This document shows, piece after piece, positions 49,319 through 58,042 of a DNA stretch of 64,000 nucleotides. The stretch's first letter is position 1. Each line of letters begins with the position of its first letter. The notes under the pieces are model-generated. The model had not been told where the DNA came from. It saw nothing but the letters and a program-made list of their open reading frames with translations, and did no database searches. A program made the translations under genes and the position numbers. Source of the stretch: an uncultured Acidobacteriota bacterium (GTDB taxonomy: Bacteria; Acidobacteriota; Vicinamibacteria; Fen-336); the NCBI GenBank assembly GCA_963729875.1, contig CAVSPR010000004.1:56886-120885 (forward strand), given 5' to 3'.

Positions 49319-50539
49319 TCAGGCCATCTTCTCGACCGGCGCCGGCCGGCCGAAGTGGTAGCCCTGGGCGTGCGAGAAGCCCGCACGCATGCACGCCGCG
49401 GCCTCTTCCGGCGTCTCCACCCCCTCGGCCACGGTCTTCACGAGGAGCTCTCGGGCCGCCGCCACCAGCGAGGCCACCAGGCGCTGGCGCGACGTGGGCG
49501 CGTGGTCGAGGCCGGTGACGAAGCGGCGGTCGAACTTGAGGTAGTGGGGCGGGGCCTCGGCCAGCTCGAACAGGCGCGCCTGGCCGGCCCCGAAGTCGTC
49601 GTAGGCGAGCCCCACGTTGATCTCCATGAGGCGGCCGCGCAGCCAGGTGATGAACTCCGTCTGGGCGAGGGCGCTCTCGTGGATCTCGAGCACGAGGTCG
49701 ACGTGGGGGGCGAAGGTCCGCAGGTCCTCGAGCGACTCGAGGAGCCCCGGGGTCTCGAGCTCGATCGGGTGCGTGTTCAGGAAGAGCAGGGGCGGCTCCG
49801 GGCGGTCGCGCACGAGCTCGACCGCCTTGCGGCGGAACAGCCGGCTCAGCTGGGCCTGGGCCTCCGCGCCCAGCGCCCCCGCGAGGTCGAACAGCTCCAC
49901 CGGGCTCTCGGGCAGGCCCGCCATCCGACCCCGGCCGAGGGCCTCGTAGGCGGCCACCCGTCCGGAGGGGAGGGTCACGACCGGCTGGAAGAACATCGTG
50001 ACCGCGCCCTCGTCGATGAGCTTGCGCACCTCGGCGCCGCCCGAGATGAAGTGGCGGCTGAGGGGCGCGGTGCGCACCAGCGTGCCCTCGTCGTCGGCCT
50101 CGTCCCTCTCCGGCACGTCGCGCGAGACGCGGAACTCGTAGTCCCCGAAGTGGAGGACGTCGCCCTCGTGGAGCGGGGCGTCCGTCACCGGCTCCCGGTT
50201 CAGGAACGTGCCGTTCCGGCTGCCGAGGTCGCGGACGCGCAGCGAGAGGCCGTCCGAGTAGATCTCGGCGTGGGTCTTCGACACGTGAGCGGAGGACAGG
50301 ACGAGCTGGAGGCCGGGCGAGCGGCCCACCCGGAAGGGCAGGGGCTGGAGCGGGGTTCGTTGCAGGGAGCCGTCGTCTCCGACCGGGCTCTCGAGGACCC
50401 AGAGGCCGGCCGCGCCGGCGGCGGCCCTCGCCTCGAGCAGCCGGGCGCGCAGCTCGGCGGACTCGGGCGGGGCGAAGCGCAGCGTGTCGCGCTTCTTGCC
50501 GAAGGTCGGTGTCGTGGCCCGGTCAGCACTCATTCCCAT
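49319..50539 (-). CDS. FHA domain + EAL domain c-di-GMP phosphodiesterase
   Basis: FHA: FRVGRSPGLQLVLSSAHVSKTHAEI..VRDLGSRNGTFLN. EAL: YEALGRG, FLNTHP, LEIHES, YDDFGAGQ, LKFDRRF, AEGVET, AQGYHFGRP. Confidence 0.85.
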   Translation of the reverse strand: MGMSADRATTPTFGKKRDTLRFAPPESAELRARLLEARAAAGAAGLWVLESPVGDDGSLQRTPLQPLPFRVGRSPGLQLVLSSAHVSKTHAEIYSDGLSLRVRDLGSRNGTFLNREPVTDAPLHEGDVLHFGDYEFRVSRDVPERDEADDEGTLVRTAPLSRHFISGGAEVRKLIDEGAVTMFFQPVVTLPSGRVAAYEALGRGRMAGLPESPVELFDLAGALGAEAQAQLSRLFRRKAVELVRDRPEPPLLFLNTHPIELETPGLLESLEDLRTFAPHVDLVLEIHESALAQTEFITWLRGRLMEINVGLAYDDFGAGQARLFELAEAPPHYLKFDRRFVTGLDHAPTSRQRLVASLVAAARELLVKTVAEGVETPEEAAACMRAGFSHAQGYHFGRPAPVEKMA

Positions 50540-50721
50540 TCTGCGCCCGCTCCCGTTTGTGCAATTCCCGGGCCGCTCTTACCGTGCTGATTCTGCGTGG
50601 CTTGTGGGGCACGAGGCCGCCGATGTCCGGAATCCGGTCGCCGGAACACGGCCGGCTCGGCGGGGCGGCGCGTGACCGATCGTCGACCGACACCGTAGTG
50701 TGTTGAAATGGGACGACTCCG

Positions 50722-53451
50722 ATGACCACGTGCCCGGTCTGCTCCGCGCCGGTCGCCGATGAGCACCGGTTCTGTCCCGGGTGCGGGCTCAGCCGGGACA
50801 TTGCCGACAGCCCCACCGGGACCGCCCCTCGCCGCGCCTCGTCTTCGACGGAGTCACCTTCCCGGTCGGCCGGCGCCACGGGCGCCCGCGCGGCCGAGCG
50901 CTTCGCCCCGGGCACGGTGCTCGCCGGGCGCTACCGCATCGGGGGCCTCGTCGGCCGCGGCGGCATGGGCGAGGTCTACCGGGCCGACGACCTGAAGCTC
51001 GAGCAGCCGGTGGCCCTCAAGTTCCTGCCGCGAGCCCTCGAGGGCGACCGCGACCGCCTCGAGCGGCTGTACGGAGAGGTGCGGATGGCGCGGCAGGTCT
51101 CGCACCCCGCCGTCTGCCGCGTCTGGGACGTGGGCGAGGCCGAGGGCCAGCACTTCCTCTCCATGGAGCTCGTCGACGGGGAGAACCTCTCCTCGCTCCT
51201 GCGCCGGATCGGGCGCTTCCCGCAGGACAAGGCGGTCGAGATCGCGAAGCAGGTGTCGGCCGGGCTCGCCGCCGCGCACGAGAAGGGCGTCCTGCACCGC
51301 GACCTCAAGCCCGCCAACGTCATGCTCGACGGCCAGGGCAAGGTGCGCATCACGGACTTCGGCCTCGCTGGCCTCGCCCACTCGCTCGGGAGCGGCGACG
51401 TCCGCTCCGGGACGCCCTCCTACATGTCGCCCGAGCAGCTCCTGGGGCGCGAGGTCACGGCCCGCAGCGACATCTACGCCCTCGGTCTGCTCATCTACGA
51501 GCTCGTGACGGGGCGGCGCGCCTTCGAGGGCAAGGGCCTCGCCGAGCTGACGCGCAAGCAGCGAGACGAGCGGCCGATCGAGCCCTCCGCGATCGTCCCC
51601 GACCTCGACCCCGCCATCGAGCGGACGATCTACGCCTGCCTGGAGAAGGACCCGAAGCGCCGGCCGCAGTCGGCCCTCGTCGTGTCCGCGATGCTCTCGG
51701 GCCGCGACCCGCTCGAGGCCGCCATCGCGGCCGGCGAGACCCCGTCGCCCGAGCTCGTGGCGGCGGCGGGCGAGTCGGAGGGGCTCCGCCCGAAGGCGGC
51801 CTGGGCGTGTCTCCTCGTCGCCGTGCTGGGCATCTTCCTGCTGCCCGCCCTGCAGACGCGGCGCCACCTCCTCAGCCTGGTCCCGGCGGAGAAGGGTCCC
51901 GAGGCGCTCGAGGACCGGGCCCGCGACTTCGTCGCCCGCGTCGCGCCGGGGGTGCAGGCCGTGGACCGGGCGGTGGGCACCTCCTTCGACGGCGAGTACG
52001 TCCTCTGGGCCCAGGAGCGGGACCGCTCGTCGCAGCGGTGGGCGTCGCTCGCCACGGGCGACCCGCCGCTCCTGTCGTTCTGGTACCGGCAGAGCCCGCG
52101 CCCCCTCGCCACTTCCTCGGTCAGCGGCATGGCGGGATGGAGCGACCCGCCGGCGCGCGTGACGGACATGGCCGGCGTCGAGTACGACCTCCAGGGGAGG
52201 CTCCTCTCGTTCTACCGGGTGCCCCCGCAGCGCGAGCGCGAGAGCGGGCCCGCGCCGGCCCCGGACTGGACGCCCCTCTTCGAGGAGGCCCGGCTCGACC
52301 CCTCGAAGCTCCGGGCGGTCGAGCCACGCTGGACGCCCGCGCTCTACTGCGACACGCGCGCGGCCTGGGAAGGGGCGTGGCCGCGGCGCCCGGACATCCC
52401 GATCCGCATCGAGGCGGCCGCGTACCGCGGGCGGCCGGTCTGGTTCGAGGTCGTCAACCCCTGGACCCGCCCCGCGCGGGACGAGGCCTTCCCCTTCACC
52501 GCGGGCCAGCGGGGGATGCAGGCGTTCTACGTCCTCGCGCTGGTCGCGCTGGCGGCCACCGGCGGGCTCCTGGCCTACCGCAACATCCGACTCGGCCGCG
52601 GCGACCGGCGGGGTGCCTTCCGCCTGGCCGTCGGCCTCACGGCGCTGGCCGTGGGCGCCTGGGCCCTGCGTGCCCACCACCTGGCCGACCCGGCGGCCGA
52701 GCTCGTCGGGGCGGCCCGCGGGATCGGGCTGGCGGTGGTCGTGGCGGCGTTGCTGTGGCTCTTCTACCTCGCCCTCGAGCCGTACGTGCGTCGCCTACGG
52801 CCCTGGACGCTCGTCTCCTGGGCCCGCCTGCTCGACGGCGGGTGGCGCGACGCCGTGGTGGGCCGCGACGTTCTCATCGGGGTGGCGGGGGGCACGGTCC
52901 TGGCGCTGCTCAGCATCCTCGCCCGCATGCTCCCCGGGTGGCTCGGCCGGCCGGCCCCCTCGCCCGAGCCCCTGGGGCTCGATGCCCTGCTCTCGACCCG
53001 GATGCTGCTGAGCTACGTGGTCGGCCTGCCGGTGAATGCGACGCTCCTCGGCCTGGGCCTGCTGCTGCTCTTCCTGGTCCTGCGGCTGCTCACGCGGAAG
53101 GACCTGGTGGCGGCGGCGCTCGTCGTGACATTCGTGGTGGCGGGGGACCTGGGCGGCGCGAAGGAGAACACCTGGCTGATCATGCCGATCGCGGTCGTCG
53201 TCTGGGGCTCGTTCGTCGCGGCGATGCTGCGCTTCGGCGTCCTCGCCGCGATCACGGCCGTGCTCATGGCCAATCTGCTCCTCGTTCCGCCGCTCCTCTA
53301 CGCGCCAGGCAGCTGGACTGGCAGCGCCACGTTCGTGGTCCTGCCCCTGCTCGTCGCCCTCGCGGTCGTGGCGTTCCGCTCCGCCGTCGGGGGCCACTCC
53401 GGCCTGCGCCGCTACCTGGCCGGCGAGCCGCCCTCGTCCCGTCCCAGGTAG
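50722..53451 (+). CDS. Ser/Thr protein kinase with N-terminal zinc ribbon and C-terminal polytopic membrane domain (paralog 1)
   Basis: CPVCSAPVADEHRFCPGCG; GRGGMGEVYRA, ALKFL, HRDLKPANVML, ITDFGLA, GTPSYMSPEQ; then ~550 aa with one TM, an extracytoplasmic region and 7-8 C-terminal TM helices. Confidence 0.9.
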   Translation: MTTCPVCSAPVADEHRFCPGCGLSRDIADSPTGTAPRRASSSTESPSRSAGATGARAAERFAPGTVLAGRYRIGGLVGRGGMGEVYRADDLKLEQPVALKFLPRALEGDRDRLERLYGEVRMARQVSHPAVCRVWDVGEAEGQHFLSMELVDGENLSSLLRRIGRFPQDKAVEIAKQVSAGLAAAHEKGVLHRDLKPANVMLDGQGKVRITDFGLAGLAHSLGSGDVRSGTPSYMSPEQLLGREVTARSDIYALGLLIYELVTGRRAFEGKGLAELTRKQRDERPIEPSAIVPDLDPAIERTIYACLEKDPKRRPQSALVVSAMLSGRDPLEAAIAAGETPSPELVAAAGESEGLRPKAAWACLLVAVLGIFLLPALQTRRHLLSLVPAEKGPEALEDRARDFVARVAPGVQAVDRAVGTSFDGEYVLWAQERDRSSQRWASLATGDPPLLSFWYRQSPRPLATSSVSGMAGWSDPPARVTDMAGVEYDLQGRLLSFYRVPPQRERESGPAPAPDWTPLFEEARLDPSKLRAVEPRWTPALYCDTRAAWEGAWPRRPDIPIRIEAAAYRGRPVWFEVVNPWTRPARDEAFPFTAGQRGMQAFYVLALVALAATGGLLAYRNIRLGRGDRRGAFRLAVGLTALAVGAWALRAHHLADPAAELVGAARGIGLAVVVAALLWLFYLALEPYVRRLRPWTLVSWARLLDGGWRDAVVGRDVLIGVAGGTVLALLSILARMLPGWLGRPAPSPEPLGLDALLSTRMLLSYVVGLPVNATLLGLGLLLLFLVLRLLTRKDLVAAALVVTFVVAGDLGGAKENTWLIMPIAVVVWGSFVAAMLRFGVLAAITAVLMANLLLVPPLLYAPGSWTGSATFVVLPLLVALAVVAFRSAVGGHSGLRRYLAGEPPSSRPR

Positions 53452-53534
53452 CCCGGCGACCGGGGGACGCGGCCATCCACGGCACCTTTCGCCCCCCGAC
53501 TCCGTAGATAAGAGAGAATCACTCGGGGGAGACC

Positions 53535-56273
53535 GTGTACGCCTGCCCGACCTGTGCGGCGCCCGTGACGCCGGTGGAGACGACTTGCCCGGCCTGCGGG
53601 TCGGCGATCGACATTGCCGACAGCCCGACGGGCACGGCCCCCCGCCCGGCCGGGCCCCCGTGCCCGACCCCCTCGCCCGAGGGGGGCCGGACGCCGTCGA
53701 GCGGGTCCAGCCGCCACACCGGGGAGCGGTTCGTCCCCGGGACGGTCCTGGCCGGTCGGTACCGGATCGTCGGCCTTCTCGGCCGCGGCGGGATGGGCGA
53801 GGTCTACCGGGCGGACGACCTGAAGCTGGACCAGCCGGTCGCCCTGAAGTTCCTCCCCCACGGTCTCGACACCGACGAAGGGCGCCTCGCCCGCTTCTAT
53901 CGCGAAGTCCGAGTCGCCCGACAGGTCTCACACCCCGCGGTGTGCCGGGTGTACGACGTGGGAGAGGCGGACGGCCATCTGTTCCTCTCCATGGAGATGG
54001 TCGACGGCGAGAACCTCGCCTCGCTCCTCCGGCGCATCGGCCGCCTGCCCGCCGACAAGGCCACCGACATCGCTCGCCAGCTCTGCGGCGGGCTCGCCGC
54101 CGCGCACGAGCGGGGGGTCCTGCACCGCGACCTCAAGCCCTCGAACCTGATGCTCGACGGCCAGGGGAACGTGCGCATCACCGACTTCGGCCTGGCCGGC
54201 CTCGCGGAGACCCTCGGCGAGGAGGACGTGCGGTCGGGGACGCCCGGCTACATGTCGCCGGAGCAGCTCCAGGGACGGGACGTGACCGTGAGGAGCGACA
54301 TCTACGCGCTCGGCCTCGTCCTCTACGAGCTGTACACGGGCCGTCGCGCCTTCTCGGGCAAGTCGCTCGCGGAGTACGCGCGGAAGCACCGCGACGAGCG
54401 GCCGATCGAGCCCTCGGCCCTCGTGGCCGGGCTCGACCCCGCGGTCGAGCGGGCCATCCTCGCCTGCCTCGAGAAGGAACCCCGGCGCCGGCCGGCCTCG
54501 GCGCTCGTCGTCTCGGCGATGCTGACGGGCAGCGACCCCCTCGAGGCCGCGATCGCGGCCGGCGAGACGCCGTCGCCCGAGCTCGTGGCGGCGGCGGGGG
54601 AGGCGGAGGGCCTGCGGCCTCTGATCGCCTGGGGCCTCCTGGGGTTCGTCCTCGCGGGGATCGTGGCCATGCCGCTCCTGGCCCGCTCGTTCCAGCTCCT
54701 CCCGTGGCTCCCGGTGGAGAAGTCGCCCGCGGTGCTCGAGGACCGGGCCCGGGAGTTCCTGCGCGGGGCGGGCCTCGCCACCGCCCCGGTCGACGACGCC
54801 TGGGGCCTCGCTCTCGACTACGGGTTCATCCACCACCTCAAGGAGAAGGACCGGTCGGCCGGGCGGTGGGAGGCCCTCTCGACAGGGACGCCGCCCGTGA
54901 TGCTGTTCTGGTACCGGCAGAGCCCGCGGCCGATCGTCTCCTGGCTTCCCGGCGGCGCCGTGTACTGGGCGAAGCCGGGCCTCGACGTCACCGACATGGC
55001 CGGCGTCACCTACGACATGGGCGGGCGCCTGCTGCGCTTCTACGCCATCCCACCCCAGGTCGAGAGCGACACGGCCGACCCTCCCGCGCCGCCCGACTGG
55101 TCGCGGCTCTTCGCCGAGGCGCAGATCGACCGCAGCACCTTCCGGGAGGTGAAGCCGCGGTGGACGCCGCTCTTCCACACCGACGCGCGGGTGGCGTGGG
55201 AGGGGGCGTGGCCCGGGCGGGAGGACCTGCCGATCCGGGTCGAGGCCGCCGCCTACCGGGGACGCCCGGTCTGGTTCGAGGTGATCGCGCCGTGGACGAA
55301 GGCCGAGCGGACGGGGGCCTGGACCTCGCCGAAGGGCAAGATCGTCCGGCAGCTCATCTACCTGGGGATGACCGTGCTCCTCATGGGTGCGGCCGGCTTC
55401 ATGGCCCGGCGGAACACCGTCCTCGGCCGGGGCGACCGGAAGGGGGCCTTCAAGGTCGCGCTCCTGCTCTTCGCGGTCGGGGCCGCGGCGTGGGCCCTCG
55501 GGGCGCACCACGTGGCCGACTCGGGCGCCCAGATGAACCTGCTGGCCCGCGGGGCCGGTCTCGTGCTCCTCCAGTCCACCCTCGTCTGGCTCTTCTACCT
55601 CGCCGTCGAGCCGTACGCGCGCCGCCTGCGCCCCTGGACGCTCGTGTCCTGGACGCGCCTGCTCGGCGGCGGGCTCTCGGACCCCGTCGTGGGCCGCGAC
55701 ACCCTCGTCGGCCTCGCGTGGGCCGTCGCGCTCGCCGCGCTCATGGCGCTCTCGCGCCTGCTGCCGGGGTGGCTGGGCCAGGCCGGCCCCGAGCCGTCGA
55801 TGGGCTGGTACGACGCCCTGCTGGGACCGGGCGCCCTCGCCTCGGCGCTCCTCCAGCTGGCGATGGGCGCCATCATCTTCACGATGGGCGCGCTGCTCCT
55901 GTTCGTCCTCACGCGGCTGCTGCTGCGGAGCGACCTCCTCGCGGTGGCCGCGATCGCCCTGCTGACGGCGGGACCGAACCTGCTCGTCGCCGGCGAGGTG
56001 CCCTGGACGGACACCGTCGTGATCCTGATCTGGGCCGGGTCGTGGATCGCGGTCCTGCTGCGCTTCGGCCTCCTGGCCGGGATGGTGGGCTTCTTCGCCC
56101 ACGACCTTCTCGACAGCCTCCCGCTGACCACCGACCTGGGGTCGTGGACCGCCGGCCCGACGCTGGCCGCGGTGGCGCTCCTGGCGCTCCTGGCGTTCGG
56201 CTCGTTCCGCACCGCGGCGGGAGCGACCGGCCTGCGCCGGGCTCTCGCCGGGGAGCCGCCCTCGCGCCCCTGA
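53535..56273 (+). CDS. Ser/Thr protein kinase with N-terminal zinc ribbon and C-terminal polytopic membrane domain (paralog 2)
   Basis: GTG 53535 follows GGGGGAG. CPTCAAPVTPVETTCPACG; same kinase motifs (HRDLKPSNLML, ITDFGLA). Colinear with paralog 1 over the full length (e.g. IADSPTGTAPR, AAYRGRPVWFEV, RLRPWTLVSW). Confidence 0.9.
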   Translation: MYACPTCAAPVTPVETTCPACGSAIDIADSPTGTAPRPAGPPCPTPSPEGGRTPSSGSSRHTGERFVPGTVLAGRYRIVGLLGRGGMGEVYRADDLKLDQPVALKFLPHGLDTDEGRLARFYREVRVARQVSHPAVCRVYDVGEADGHLFLSMEMVDGENLASLLRRIGRLPADKATDIARQLCGGLAAAHERGVLHRDLKPSNLMLDGQGNVRITDFGLAGLAETLGEEDVRSGTPGYMSPEQLQGRDVTVRSDIYALGLVLYELYTGRRAFSGKSLAEYARKHRDERPIEPSALVAGLDPAVERAILACLEKEPRRRPASALVVSAMLTGSDPLEAAIAAGETPSPELVAAAGEAEGLRPLIAWGLLGFVLAGIVAMPLLARSFQLLPWLPVEKSPAVLEDRAREFLRGAGLATAPVDDAWGLALDYGFIHHLKEKDRSAGRWEALSTGTPPVMLFWYRQSPRPIVSWLPGGAVYWAKPGLDVTDMAGVTYDMGGRLLRFYAIPPQVESDTADPPAPPDWSRLFAEAQIDRSTFREVKPRWTPLFHTDARVAWEGAWPGREDLPIRVEAAAYRGRPVWFEVIAPWTKAERTGAWTSPKGKIVRQLIYLGMTVLLMGAAGFMARRNTVLGRGDRKGAFKVALLLFAVGAAAWALGAHHVADSGAQMNLLARGAGLVLLQSTLVWLFYLAVEPYARRLRPWTLVSWTRLLGGGLSDPVVGRDTLVGLAWAVALAALMALSRLLPGWLGQAGPEPSMGWYDALLGPGALASALLQLAMGAIIFTMGALLLFVLTRLLLRSDLLAVAAIALLTAGPNLLVAGEVPWTDTVVILIWAGSWIAVLLRFGLLAGMVGFFAHDLLDSLPLTTDLGSWTAGPTLAAVALLALLAFGSFRTAAGATGLRRALAGEPPSRP

Positions 56274-56318
56274 CCCGGCACCCCGGGCCGCGGCCCGGCG
56301 CGGCACCGCTGCGCGGGC

Positions 56319-56327
56319 TGGTATCAT
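56319..56327 (+). promoter_or_regulatory. candidate extended -10 box TGgTATCAT for hpnCDE
   Basis: It ends 9 nt before ATG 56337. No SD in between, which suggests a leaderless or very short leader. Confidence 0.4.
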
Positions 56328-56336
56328 CCCCGCGCC

Positions 56337-57191
56337 ATGTCCGCGGCCACCGTCGAGGAGGCCTTCGCGCACTGCGAGGCGCGCGCGAAGGCCCACTACG
56401 AGAACTTCCCGGTCGGGTTGTTCGTGCCCCGGGAGAGGCGCCCGTACGTGTACGCGCTCTACGCCTTCGCGCGGGCGGCCGACGACTTCGCCGACGAGCC
56501 GATCTACGAGGGGGTGCGCCGGGAGAAGATCGACCAGTGGGAGGCGCTCACCCACGCCGCGTACCGGGGCGAGGCCGAGGGGCCGATCTTCGTGGCCCTC
56601 GCGGAGACGGTGCGGCGGCTCTCGATTCCGAAGGAGCTCCTGCTCGACCTGCTCTCCGCCTTCCGGCAGGACACCGAGAAGACCGGCTACGCGAGCTGGG
56701 AGGAGCTGCTGGACTACTGCCGCCGCTCGGCCAACCCGGTGGGCCGGCTGGTGCTCCTCGTCTTCGAGCAGGAGGACAAGGACCTGCCCGCGCTCTCGGA
56801 CTCGATCTGCACCGCGCTCCAGCTCGCGAACCACTGGCAGGACGCCGCGATCGACTACGCGCGCGGCCGCATCTACGTGCCCGAGGACCTGATGCGCCGC
56901 CACGGGGTCTCCACCTGGGACTTCAGCACCGGCCGGGTGAGCGACGGCTGGCGGGGGATGATGGCCGAGCTCATCGCCCGGACCCGCGCGCTCTTCGTGG
57001 CGGGGCGGCCCCTGTGCGACCGCGTGGGGCGCGAGCTGCGCTTCGAGATGCGCCTCACCTGGCTCGGGGGGAGCTCGATCCTCGACCGGGTCGAGGCGAC
57101 GGGGGGCGACGTGTTCCGGCAGCGGCCGAGGCACGGGGCCCTCGACAAGGCCGCGCTCGCCTGGCGGGCGTGGCGGTGGCGGCCGGAGTGA
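56337..57191 (+). CDS. hpnC: squalene synthase HpnC (hydroxysqualene synthase)
   Basis: HYENFPVGLFVPRERRPYVYALYAFARAADDFADE, RRSANPVGRLVL, LANHWQDAAIDYARGRIYVP. Squalene/phytoene synthase fold, HpnC-type N-terminus. Confidence 0.85.
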   Translation: MSAATVEEAFAHCEARAKAHYENFPVGLFVPRERRPYVYALYAFARAADDFADEPIYEGVRREKIDQWEALTHAAYRGEAEGPIFVALAETVRRLSIPKELLLDLLSAFRQDTEKTGYASWEELLDYCRRSANPVGRLVLLVFEQEDKDLPALSDSICTALQLANHWQDAAIDYARGRIYVPEDLMRRHGVSTWDFSTGRVSDGWRGMMAELIARTRALFVAGRPLCDRVGRELRFEMRLTWLGGSSILDRVEATGGDVFRQRPRHGALDKAALAWRAWRWRPE

Positions 57192-58042
57192 GCGCGAGCG
57201 TCGGCGCGCGCCTGACCCGCCAGAGCGGGACGAACTTCTACTACGCCTTCCGCCTGCTGCCCGCGGAGAAGCGGCGGGCGATCTACGCGCTCTACGCCTT
57301 CTGCCGGGTCGTGGACGACTGCGTCGACGAGGCGGACGGCGAGGGGGAGGAGGGCCTCGCGCGCTGGCTGGCCGAGGTGCACCGGGCGTACGCGGGGCGG
57401 CCGGAGACGGAGCTGGGACGGGAGCTGGCGGAGACGGTCACCCGCTTCCCGGTCCCCCGGGGGTGCTTCGAGGACGTCGTGGCCGGCTGCCGGATGGACC
57501 TCGTCACCCGCCGCTACGCCACCTTCGCCGACCTGCGCGTCTACTGCGAGCGCGTGGCCTCGGCGGTGGGCCTCGCCTCGATCGAGATCTTCGGCTACGA
57601 CGACCCGGGCACCCGCGAGTACGCGGTGGAGCTCGGCCTCGCCCTCCAGCTGACGAACATCCTTCGCGACGTCTCTCCCGACGCGGGGCGGGACCGGCTC
57701 TACCTCCCGCTCGAGGACCTCGCCCGCTTCGGGGTGGCGGAGGCGGAGCTCCTCGCGGCGGCCCGCGACCCCCGCGCCCCGCGCCCTTCGGGGCTCGCCC
57801 GCCTCCTGGCCTTCGAGGCGGACCGCGCCCGCTCGCACTACGCGGCCGCCGCCGGGCGCCTGCCCGCGCGCGACCGCCGCTCGATGCTGGCCGCCGAGAT
57901 CATGGGCGCGATCTACCGGGCCGTCCTCGAGGAGTGGGCCGCGCGGGGGCATCCGGTCGGCGGGGATCGGGTCGCCCTCGGCAAGCCGCGGAAGATCTGG
58001 CTGGCCCTGCGGACCGTCCCGCGGGTCTACTGGGGCCGATGA
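57188..58042 (+). CDS. hpnD: presqualene diphosphate synthase HpnD
   Basis: GTG 57188 overlaps the hpnC stop (GTGA). SGTNFYYAFRLLPAEKRRAIYALYAFCRVVDDCVDE, YCERVASAVG, LTNILRDVSPDAGRDRLYLP. Confidence 0.85.
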   Translation: MSASVGARLTRQSGTNFYYAFRLLPAEKRRAIYALYAFCRVVDDCVDEADGEGEEGLARWLAEVHRAYAGRPETELGRELAETVTRFPVPRGCFEDVVAGCRMDLVTRRYATFADLRVYCERVASAVGLASIEIFGYDDPGTREYAVELGLALQLTNILRDVSPDAGRDRLYLPLEDLARFGVAEAELLAAARDPRAPRPSGLARLLAFEADRARSHYAAAAGRLPARDRRSMLAAEIMGAIYRAVLEEWAARGHPVGGDRVALGKPRKIWLALRTVPRVYWGR

